From Candidatus Saccharimonadota bacterium (GTDB taxonomy: Bacteria > Bacillota_I > Bacilli_A > Mycoplasmatales > Hepatoplasmataceae), in contig AP027133.1 in the NCBI GenBank assembly GCA_027925325.1, positions 510,001-542,000 of the forward strand: DNA of 32,000 nucleotides, written 5' to 3'. This document shows positions 23,101-31,467 of this stretch, one piece after another (positions within the stretch are counted from its first letter, which is position 1; each line of letters starts with the position of its first letter). The position numbers were made by a program, and so were the translations under genes. The notes beneath the pieces were generated by a model that made no database searches, was not told the origin of the DNA, and was given only the letters and a program-made list of their open reading frames with translations.

Positions 23101-23574
23101 TTATTGATGTTTAATTTGATATGAATCTTTATATCTTTGATCAAGCTTTTTAATAACATCTTTTATCTTTAAACCTAAATAATAATTAAGCTTTGCTTCA
23201 TATTCCTCGTTGACAATTTCTTCTAATTCTTTTTCAAAAATTTTAACCTTGTTTTTAAGAAAAGTTAATTTTTTACTTATTTTATCGTAAGTTTGATTTT
23301 TGTAAAAATCACTAAAATCTTTATCTTTATGATCATCATAAATTTGAAATAATGTATCAATTTGTATTTTATTTATGATAATTTCTGAAATTAAGTGATG
23401 CATCTTTGCGATATTTTCGATTTGTTCATTCATCTTTCCTTCGATAAACAATCTCTCAGTAATTCTTAAATCTTGTCTTGATTTAGGTCTTAAAATTTCT
23501 TCTACAGAGTTCAAACTATGAATGCTTTCCTGATTCATTTTATTCGATTCATTTAATATATCTTTATTTTTCAT
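23101..23574 (-). CDS. Hypothetical protein, probably helical or coiled-coil (157 aa)
   Basis: The ORF is intact without TGA codons, and the RBS GAGG lies 6 nt upstream. It has its own terminator. It is Lys/Glu/Ile-rich, and I do not recognise the family. Confidence 0.55.
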   Translation of the reverse strand: MKNKDILNESNKMNQESIHSLNSVEEILRPKSRQDLRITERLFIEGKMNEQIENIAKMHHLISEIIINKIQIDTLFQIYDDHKDKDFSDFYKNQTYDKISKKLTFLKNKVKIFEKELEEIVNEEYEAKLNYYLGLKIKDVIKKLDQRYKDSYQIKHQ

Positions 23575-23811
23575 TCTAACCTCTATGCTATTTAAATTCT
23601 TAAAATATTTTAGAAATTTGCATATATATTATTTATACTAAATAACAAAAAAAATATAAGAAAAATTTATTATTAATATGTAATTACTTAACTAATAATA
23701 AAATAAGATTCTTTAAAAGATAATATAAAATTCTTATTTATAATCTGTTAATAATTTATTTTTTAAAAAGAATTATAAATTGCACACTTTATTTATAATT
23801 AAATAAATAGT

Positions 23812-23839
23812 AAAGGGTATCGTAAGATACCCTTTTTTT
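23812..23839. terminator. Hairpin terminator immediately after the ROK kinase gene
   Basis: AAAGGGTATC-GTAA-GATACCCTTT is followed by a T run. It starts 9 nt past the stop at 23844. Confidence 0.55.
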
Positions 23840-23843
23840 AATA

Positions 23844-24842
23844 TTATTTATTATTTTTCTGATCATATAAAAGCATTGCTGAATAAGATGCTCCATATAA
23901 TCCAGCATCATTTCCAACATTACATAATTCAATTCTTGTTGTTTCTCTTATAAAATCATGTGTAAATCTTTGATAAACAGGTTCAAGATATTTAAGTAAT
24001 GTTTCATTATCATGGGCTAATCCACCCCCTAGAATGATTGTTTCAGGATTTAGAATCATTGCAATAGTTGCTAATTCTCTTCCACCATATTCAGCAAAAT
24101 CTTTTGCTGCCATGATTGCTAATTGATCATTTTTGCGGACAGCATCTCAAATATTTTTTCCATTTATCTCTTTATTATCTAAAATTGATTTTATATTAGG
24201 ATTTTTTTGTTTTAATTGATTATAAATATTTATAAGACCGGTTGCAGAAAAAGTCGGTTCTGCACACTCTGGTAATCCACATGTACATTGAAATCTTGTT
24301 TTAAATCCTTGTAAAGGAATATGACCGACCTCACCTGCAGTTCCCCCTGAGCCTTGATATAATTTACCATTTATTACGATACCGGCTCCCAATCCTGTTC
24401 CTAGAGTAAGAAAGACAAAATTATCAACATCACGTGCTTTTCCAATAAATTTTTCCCCAAGTGCTGCCATATCACAATCATTATGTACGGCAATTGGAAA
24501 ATCACCTCATCACTTTGCTAGATCTCTTTTTACATCATAGTTTTTTCAACCGATATTACCAGAAAATTTTACAACTCCATCAAGAGAGGGAAAACCAGGA
24601 ATCCCAATTCCCATTGCAATTGCTTTTTTCCCTTCATATTTTGAATCTCTTAATTTATTTTTAAATTCCTTTGTAATTTCTTCAGGGATATATTTTCCTT
24701 TTTGATTTAAATTAGTATTAATTTTTCAGCGATCAAGCATTAATCCTGCTCGTGTAATTATTGCTAATTTAATAAAAGTTCCACCGATATCAACCGCAAG
24801 AAAAAGATCTTTTTTATTATATTTATCTTTTATATTAATCAT
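23844..24842 (-). CDS. ROK-family sugar kinase (glucokinase-like, 332 aa)
   Basis: Motifs seen: LAVDIGGTFIK (ATPase phosphate-1), LTLGTGLGAGIV, GEVGH and the CxCGxxxC zinc motif (CTCGLPEC). Fragments are joined through TGA codons. Confidence 0.85.
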
Positions 24843-24858
24843 GATACTTTCCTTTTTC

Positions 24859-25329
24859 TCAATCTGCTAATTCCTTTGCAAAAGAAACTTCTTTATTCTC
24901 TTTTACAATACCATCTAAAAAATCAACCAATTTTTGATCACCTGTAAACTTTTGATTAATAAAAATATCGACCGCTTCTTCCATAATTCCAAGTCCCGTA
25001 ATTCTTCCACCAAAAGCAATAATATTTGCATTATATTGTTTTCGTGCGATTTTTGCCGCTGATAAATCTCTTATTAATGCGACTCGTGCTCCTTTTATTT
25101 TTTGAGCAGAATTTGAAATTCCCACACCTGTTCCACAGATTGCAATTCCAAAATCACATTTTTTATGGACAACAGCTTCAGCAATCTTTTGCCCAAAAAT
25201 CGGATAATGAGTTCTAACAAAATCATAGGTACCGACATCAAGAATTTGATGACCATTTTGGATTAGTGCTTCTTTTAGTTTATCTTTCACATCGGTTACG
25301 ATATGATCACAACCTATTGCAATTTTCAT
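24859..25329 (-). CDS. lacB: Galactose-6-phosphate isomerase subunit LacB-like (RpiB/LacA/LacB family, 156 aa)
   Basis: MKIAIGCDHIVTD...GTYDFVRTHYPIFGQK...ICGTGVGISN closely follows my recollection of Gram-positive LacB (MKIAIGCDHIVTD..GTYD..RTHYPIFGKK). Confidence 0.82.
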   Translation of the reverse strand: MKIAIGCDHIVTDVKDKLKEALIQNGHQILDVGTYDFVRTHYPIFGQKIAEAVVHKKCDFGIAICGTGVGISNSAQKIKGARVALIRDLSAAKIARKQYNANIIAFGGRITGLGIMEEAVDIFINQKFTGDQKLVDFLDGIVKENKEVSFAKELAD

Positions 25330-25340
25330 CTTTTTCTCCT

Positions 25341-25775
25341 TTATCCTAATTTATTTAACATATCTATTCTAATCATATGTCTACCAGCAGCAAATTTAGT
25401 TTCAAAAAATAGCTTTATAATTTCTTTTGCAATAAAGATATTAGTAATATTAGCCCCTAAACTAATTCCGATCGCATTATTGTGTTCTCTTGTCATGTGT
25501 GCTGAATGTTCATCTGCACATTGTGCAACAATCATCTTTTTTACTTTAGCAGCAGCACAAAAACCAAGTCCCCCGGATTCATCAATAGTAATTAAGCGAT
25601 CCCCTTTTACATTACTTATTATTTGTTTGCTAACATTTACAATTTCTTTTACATAATCAAGATCATTATCTTTGATAATAAAATCAATATCTTGCTTGAA
25701 ATTATTCTTAATATAATTACTTATATTATTTGCATATTCTTTAAAATCTTTTTTGGCAATAATAAAAATTTTCAT
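25341..25775 (-). CDS. lacA: Galactose-6-phosphate isomerase subunit LacA-like (144 aa)
   Basis: The C-terminus ...DEHSAHMTREHNNA...AAGRHMIRIDMLNKLG parallels LacA ...DERSGYMTRGHNN...GGRHQIRVDMLNKM. It lies 11 nt upstream of lacB. Confidence 0.78.
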   Translation of the reverse strand: MKIFIIAKKDFKEYANNISNYIKNNFKQDIDFIIKDNDLDYVKEIVNVSKQIISNVKGDRLITIDESGGLGFCAAAKVKKMIVAQCADEHSAHMTREHNNAIGISLGANITNIFIAKEIIKLFFETKFAAGRHMIRIDMLNKLG

Positions 25776-25787
25776 TATTTTTCCTTA

Positions 25788-26852
25788 TTAGGCTATTTTT
25801 TTTCTAGCATTTTTTGCTGATTTAATATTCATTGTGAATCAATAGTATAATGGTAATAAATTTGAAACAAAGAGTAAAATACTTTGAATTGAAAGAATTA
25901 AATTACCAACTTGAAAGTAAACAACCATTTGTGCAAACATCGCAACTTCAAATGAAATTCATGCTCAATATGTTTTTCTTGTAAGTAAGATTAATCCTGA
26001 TACTTGAAAAATTCCCACAACCATATCTCAGTAAGGAGCAGTATCATAAATAACTCCCGATTCAACAACATAAGAATAAGCATAGCCATAAGAACCGGTG
26101 TCAATAATTTGAGCAGTTTGATCATCAATTGTAGGATCAGTATCACTAAAACCATAAAAGGTTTTATCATCAGTAAAGATTGCTGGTGTAATTAAAAGTA
26201 AAGATGCAACAACAAAAACTATCGCAACTGCTCCAACAATTAATAATCATTTTGTGTTAAGTTGTGAAAGATATGGATCTACATCTTCTTTTTTATCTTG
26301 TTTGTCTCATGCAAAATAACGTTGTTGACCTAAAACAAGACCAATAATCTGTGAAATTGCAATTCATCAAGCTCCATAAATGATATCTATAAATAGAAAT
26401 GCCCCCATCGAAATCTGATTTCACCAAATAAATCTTTTTGAAAATTTAATCAAAAAGATATTGGCCATAAATTGACAGACCGATGCAACTAATGATAAAG
26501 CTAATAGAAATCAAGAAATAATATAAAAAGGAGCGGTTTTTGAAACTCCATCTTCTGTTACTATTCCATATTTTCCATTAATTGTTTTCCCAAATGCAGA
26601 TTGATTACTAGCATCATATCCAAGACCATACAAAATAATATTAATAATTGAAATCATTAACAAAATCACAATAAATATGATCATTGTATACAATGTAAAA
26701 TCCTCTTGTGTTCATTTTTTTGGATGAAAAAACCTTGAAAAATCAACAAAAGAATCACGGTGTTCAACCGATTTGAGATCTACATTATTAGCTTTCTTAA
26801 TTTCTGTTTTTTCTTTCCCCTTACTTTCTAGGGGGGGGGATGAATTATTCAT
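25788..26852 (-). CDS. PnuC-family (nicotinamide riboside transporter-like) membrane protein, copy 1 (354 aa)
   Basis: Hand translation with many TGA-Trp codons shows a two-fold internal pattern. The C-terminal half WDMVVGIFQVSGLILLTRKTYWAWISFEV...LYYW aligns by eye with E. coli PnuC WDSCMMVLSIVAMILMTRKYVENWLLWVI...SRMW. There are multiple hydrophobic helices. Confidence 0.62.
26831..26839. repeat. Homopolymeric G9 (C9 on the coding strand) tract inside codons 5-8 of PnuC-like copy 1
   Basis: It is read directly from ...ttactttcta ggggggggga tgaatt.... The coding strand is ATG AAT AAT TCA TCC CCC CCC CTA. Confidence 0.95.
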
Positions 26853-27042
26853 AATAAATTCTTATAATCCTTCTCTTTTTAGTTATAGAATTTAATTAAA
26901 TATTTAATTTTAAAATTCCCTTTTATATAACGACCATTTTAATCTTTACAAACAAATGATAATACTTTAAAAATAAAAATCTTTTGAAAATAAAAGTTGT
27001 ATATACAAATAATAAGCTAATTCAATAATACTTATTTAAAGG

Positions 27043-27051
27043 TGGTATAAT
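27043..27051 (+). promoter_or_regulatory. Extended -10 promoter element for the aldolase gene
   Basis: TGGTATAAT (TGnTATAAT) lies 34 nt upstream of the ATG at 27085. The SD sequence GAAGGAG lies at 27073-27079. Confidence 0.45.
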
Positions 27052-27084
27052 TTTTTAATAATTATATTTTTAGAAGGAGCAGAT

Positions 27085-27942
27085 ATGCCTCTTGTAGGTG
27101 GAAAAATCTTATTAAAAGACGCAATAAAGAAACAATATGCAATTCCTGCCTTTGGAATTGTTAATTTAGAAGGAGCAAAAGCAGCAATCGAAGCTGCTGA
27201 GGAATTAAATGCACCTATAATTTTACAAACAACAGAGGGAGGAATAAATTATGCCGGCCATGAAGAATTAGCAGCAATTGCGATTGCTTGTGCCAAAAAA
27301 GCAAAAGTTCCTGTTGCTATTCATTTAGATCATGGTCGTGATATTAAATATCATAAAAAATCACTCGAACTTGGTTATACTTCATTAATGATTGATGGTT
27401 CAGTATTATCATTAAATGAAAATATTAAAATCACAAATCAGGTCAAAAAACTAATTAAAAATGATAATATCACGCTCGAAGCAGAACTTGGAATAATCGG
27501 CGGAAAAGAAGATGATATCGAAGAAGAAGCTGATAATTTTACTAAAGTTGAAGATGCAGTTAAATTTATAGATAACACTGATATCGATATGCTTGCAATC
27601 GCTTGTGGAACTAGTCATGGTTTTTATCATAAAGAACCTAAAATTAATTTTGCTTTAATTAAAGAAATTACAACAAAAACAAAAAAACCACTTGTATTGC
27701 ACGGAGGAACGGATGTTCCTTTAGAACAAATTACAAAAGCTGTAGAGGCAGGAATTAGAAAAGCTAATTTTGATAGCGAACTTAAAAAAGCCATTATTTG
27801 TGGAATTTTGGAATACATGTATCAAAATCCTGATGCTTTTGATTTAAGAAAAATTTTTCGTAAGGGAATAGATCAAGCAAAGGAAGTTGCAAAAAGCAAA
27901 ATAAAAGCTGTTGGTGCGGTTAACAAAAATTGATTAAAATAA
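27085..27942 (+). CDS. Class II ketose-bisphosphate aldolase, tagatose/fructose-bisphosphate aldolase family (GatY/KbaY-like, 285 aa)
   Basis: Motifs seen: AIPAFGIVNLE, IHLDHG, GTSHG and VLHGGTD. The TGA at 27931 is read as Trp, and the true TAA is at 27940-27942. It is a clearly diverged paralog of fba at 17409-18275. Confidence 0.85.
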
Positions 27943-27952
27943 TTTTTATAAA

Positions 27953-28915
27953 TTATTTATCTTTAAATTTTTGATTCATTACAAAATAATAAAAAAGCGA
28001 TAATAAATTAATAATAAATAATAAAACACTCTCTACTAATAAGATTATATTTCCTGCATCTTTATAAATAATAAATTGAGCAACCGTTGCCCCTTCAAAA
28101 AATATCCATGCAAATCAATTTTTCTTAGTAAGTAAAATTATTCCTGATATTTGCATAATTGCAAATATCGTGTCTCAAACAGGATTGATATCATATATCA
28201 ATCCTGTTTTTTGTACATAACTAAAAGCATATCCATATTTATCTAAATCAACCTCAATAATTTCTAATTGTTGATAATTATCTTCATTCGGAATTGTATT
28301 ACTTAATTCATAAAAAGTTTGATCTTTTGCAAAAAATATCGGTGTAATTAAAATTAAGGCTAATAGAATAAAAACGACTGTAATTATTAAAATAAAAATA
28401 AATGATTTAAAATTAAGTTCTGATTTATAAGGATTTTTATTATTAATTTCATCTTGATCTCATTTAAAATAGCAATATTGAACAAAACAAATTTCGATTA
28501 AATCAGTAATTACAATTCATCAGGCTCCATAAATAATATCTATAAATAACAGTAAAATTAATGCTATTTGATTATATCAAACAAATTTCTTCGAAAACTT
28601 AATCAAATAAATATTTGAAATAAATCAAAAAGTTGTTGCTATCATGCTAAATATAAGAACAAATCAAGAAATAATATATAAAAAATTATCTCTTGTTAAT
28701 CCACTATTAGTTACTATTCCATATTTACCATTTATCTCCTTTGCAAAGGCAAATTGATTTGTAAAATTAAACCCTAATTGATAAAAAATAATATTTATAA
28801 TTGAAGTTAAAAAAATAACGATAATAAAAATTACAATAATATAAATTGTAAAATCATCTTGTCTTCATTTATTTAATTTAAATAAATCTTTTAAATTAAA
28901 AAATTTCTTTTTCAT
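27953..28915 (-). CDS. PnuC-family membrane protein, copy 2 (320 aa)
   Basis: Hand translation gives MKKKFFNLKDLFKLNKWRQDDFTIY...IDIIYGAWWIV...ILLTKKNWFAWIFFEG.... It is colinear with copy 1, with roughly half of the residues identical by eye. Confidence 0.62.
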
Positions 28916-28990
28916 ATCATTACATTTTAAAAAAAATTAAAGATTAAATAAAATAAATGATTTCTATATAATTTAGATAAAATTTTAATT

Positions 28991-30658
28991 ATGGAAAATT
29001 TTATTGTAAATAAGGGTTATTCAATTAATTTAATTGTAAAAGAGGAAGACACAGAATTAATTGATGTTGGGAATGAATTTATTATAGAAATAAATAAAGA
29101 GTATCTTAAATACAAAAATAAATTACAACAAGAAACTATTAAATTTGCAAAATATAAACAAAATAATAATATTTATTTTTCGCAAGAAAAATTATTAAAG
29201 AGATCTCCGCTTACAATTTTAAATGCCCCATGGGGAAGTGGAAAAAGTCATTTTATTGAACAACTTGCAAAAAATTTTATCGATCAAAAGATAAATTTGT
29301 CAACATTTAAAAATATTATTATTTTAGATGTTTGAAAATACTCAAATGCAAAACATATTCCTGATGAAATAATGGCTGAATTATTCTTCATCCTTTCTAA
29401 AATATATGATCAAGATGAATCAAAAAAATTAATGCATAAACTTCACCGCTTTGCAATTAAATTTTTTAATGCAACAGCAATTTCTTGAATAAATTATTTT
29501 GGTAAAACTGACTTTGATAAAATTCAAATCAAAGAAATAAATGAAATCGATGAAATAATAAATAATATATCAAAAGACATTGAACCAACTTTGGTTATTT
29601 TTGATAATATCGAAAGAATCGGAAAATATTCCTGGGAAATTTTGAAGGCAATCTTCAAAATATCACAAATTGATAATTTTTGTTTTATTTTACCGATGAA
29701 TTTAAATAAATTAAATTATAATCAAAACGAAAATAGAAGAAATGATGAATACCCGATAGAAAAATATATCGACTTACCGATATTTGAATTTGAACAAAAT
29801 TATCTATCTTTTTTAAAAACAAATGGAATCGAAAAAGAAGAAGCAATAATTATAAATAATATTTTAAATACGGAAATTGATGGAAAAAAATTATCAATTC
29901 GTGAAGTAGAACAACGATTTAATAAAAATGATATTTTTAAGATAGATAATAAATATTTAAAGATAGATAAAATAGTTAAAAATGTTTGGGGATCGGTAAG
30001 TGAAGCAAAAAAATATTTAGATGAAGAAATAAAAGAATTTATCGATAAACTAATTGAACTAGAAAATAGTTTTAAAAAAATTAAAGAATTTATAATTTCT
30101 AAAAAATATAGCTTTACGCAAGAAAATAAAAAAAGTGAAATTTACAAAAATCTTAATTTAAATCAAATTACAAAAGAATATATTGATCAGATTTTTAATA
30201 ATGAATGAAACCACTATCATAATTATGAAAAATGAATCGATGTATTTAACGATATTTTAAAAAATATCAAAATCTATTTAAATCAAAAAAAGCAAAATAA
30301 ATTAAAATTAATATCACTACAAGAAAAAATAAATGCAAAAATTAATCAATTTAATGATAATCTTAAAAATCAAAAATTAAAGATTGAAAATAATGATGAA
30401 AAAAATATTATTTTATTTTTACAAAATAAAAATAATTTAATTAAGCAAGAAATATATAATATTGAAGAAGAATATAGAAATTTAGATTACGATAATCTAG
30501 AGAAATATATCGTAGATTATAAAGAAAAAATAAATCAAATATCTCAAAATACAAATGTATATCTAATTAATAAATACTATATGTGAGATCGAAAATTTGA
30601 TTATGAGCGAGATAATTCAAACTATACTAGCTATTTTGTTGATTGCTTATTTAGTTAA
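28991..30658 (+). CDS. KAP-family P-loop NTPase-like protein (555 aa)
   Basis: One frame runs from the ATG at 28991 through six TGA codons to TAA at 30656. It has the Walker A LNAPWGSGKSHFIEQL (29225-29248), followed by IIILDVWKYSN (like the KAP xFNAWxY box). The Walker B-like LVIFDNIERIG (29591-29617) resembles the KAP hhhhDDLDR box. The C-terminal region of about 250 aa is Lys/Asn/Glu-rich and helical. Confidence 0.72.
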
Positions 30659-30698
30659 AATTATTTATTTATAAAAAAGAATTAAAAGGAGTTAATTA

Positions 30699-30992
30699 AT
30701 GGAAAAAGAAAATTTTTCTTGGGATGAAAAAAGAAAGATCTGAGAAAAACAATACGGCAATAGATTAACAGGGTATGATATTTTTGGTCGATTTGTTGGA
30801 AGATGCGGTCTTGAGGTTTATCATATTCTTCCTAAATCAAGGGGTGGAAAAACAGTAATTGAAAATGCAATAATTTTGAGTCCAGCTTCGAATCGAGAAA
30901 AAGGAGAAAAATTACACGGAATTATAAATAAAAAATATTTTCAAGTATTAAATATCGGAAACGGAATTGGTAAGATAATTATCAATCAATAA
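30699..30992 (+). CDS. Small HNH-family endonuclease-like protein (97 aa)
   Basis: The SD sequence AAAGGAG (30685-30691) precedes the ATG at 30699. The core reads ...GYDIFGRFVGRCGLEVYHILPKSRGGKTVIENAIILSPASNREKG..., giving the H...N...N spacing of the HNH/HNN beta-beta-alpha-metal motif. It contains one TGA codon. Confidence 0.68.
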
Positions 30993-31016
30993 ATTTATTA
31001 TTAAGGAGTTAAATAA

Positions 31017-31343
31017 ATGGAAAGTAATATTGAAAGTGATATTTTTTCTAAAGCAGGAAAGAAAGCAATTTGAAAAAAACAATTTGGAACACATTTTACA
31101 GGATATGATTCTTTTGGCAGATTTGTTAGTCAATGCTGTTCTGATACAAAATGTTGCTCAAGTGTTTCTTTAGTTCTTCCAAAAACTTATGGAGGAAAAG
31201 AAATTTTTGAAAATGCAATGATTTTGCATCCAAAATCATTAGAAGAAAAAAGTGATAAATTGCACGGAATTATAAATAAAAAATATTTCCGAATTATAAA
31301 TAATCAAGATGGAACAGGCAGATTAATTGTTAATAATAAATAA
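31017..31343 (+). CDS. Degenerate HNH paralog (108 aa) lacking the catalytic His, with a CCxxxxCC insert
   Basis: The SD sequence AAGGAG (31003-31008) precedes the ATG at 31017. It aligns along its full length with the upstream gene, but ...YHILPKS.. becomes ..SLVLPKT.. and SNREKG becomes SLEEKS. It has the inserted sequence QCCSDTKCCSS. Confidence 0.6.
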
Positions 31344-31360
31344 ATTAATTTTGATGAAAT

Positions 31361-31392
31361 AAAAAGCACGTTAATAAAGAACGTGCTTTTTC
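31361..31392 (+). terminator. Intrinsic terminator closing the three-gene operon
   Basis: AAAAAGCACGT-TAATAAAGA-ACGTGCTTTTT lies 18 nt after the stop at 31343. Confidence 0.7.
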
Positions 31393-31467
31393 ATTTTATT
31401 ATTGCATTTAAAAATAATATAATAAATTTAAATATTAATAAAAGTAATTTTTAAGAAGGATAATTAA

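Noticed and set aside
23575-23843. A 270-bp AT-rich intergenic region as a possible missed gene or RNA.
   Set aside because: Every frame on both strands is dense in TAA and TAG. Only the terminator hairpin at 23812-23839 stands out, so this is most likely promoter and spacer DNA for the 157-aa gene.
25303-25656. The 117-aa plus-strand ORF. Similar antisense ORFs occur at 14836-15165, 16290-16921, 3488-3688, 6415-6639, 10755-10976 and 22652-22882.
   Set aside because: All lie entirely antisense to well-supported conserved genes (lacA, pfkA, eno, tuf, uvrA, uvrB, gltX). They have no RBS and no recognisable motifs.
17409-27942. Two class II aldolase genes as a recent duplication or an assembly artefact.
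   Set aside because: The two proteins are strongly diverged, sharing only family motifs such as HLDHG and LHGG. They lie on opposite strands in different operon contexts, which is consistent with old functional paralogs (FBP versus tagatose-bisP type).
28916-28990. The minus-to-plus strand switch as a replication origin.
   Set aside because: No dnaA gene and no DnaA-box-like TTATCCACA strings occur in the spacer. The switch is more simply explained by an accessory plus-strand block abutting the housekeeping run. GC skew could not be computed here.
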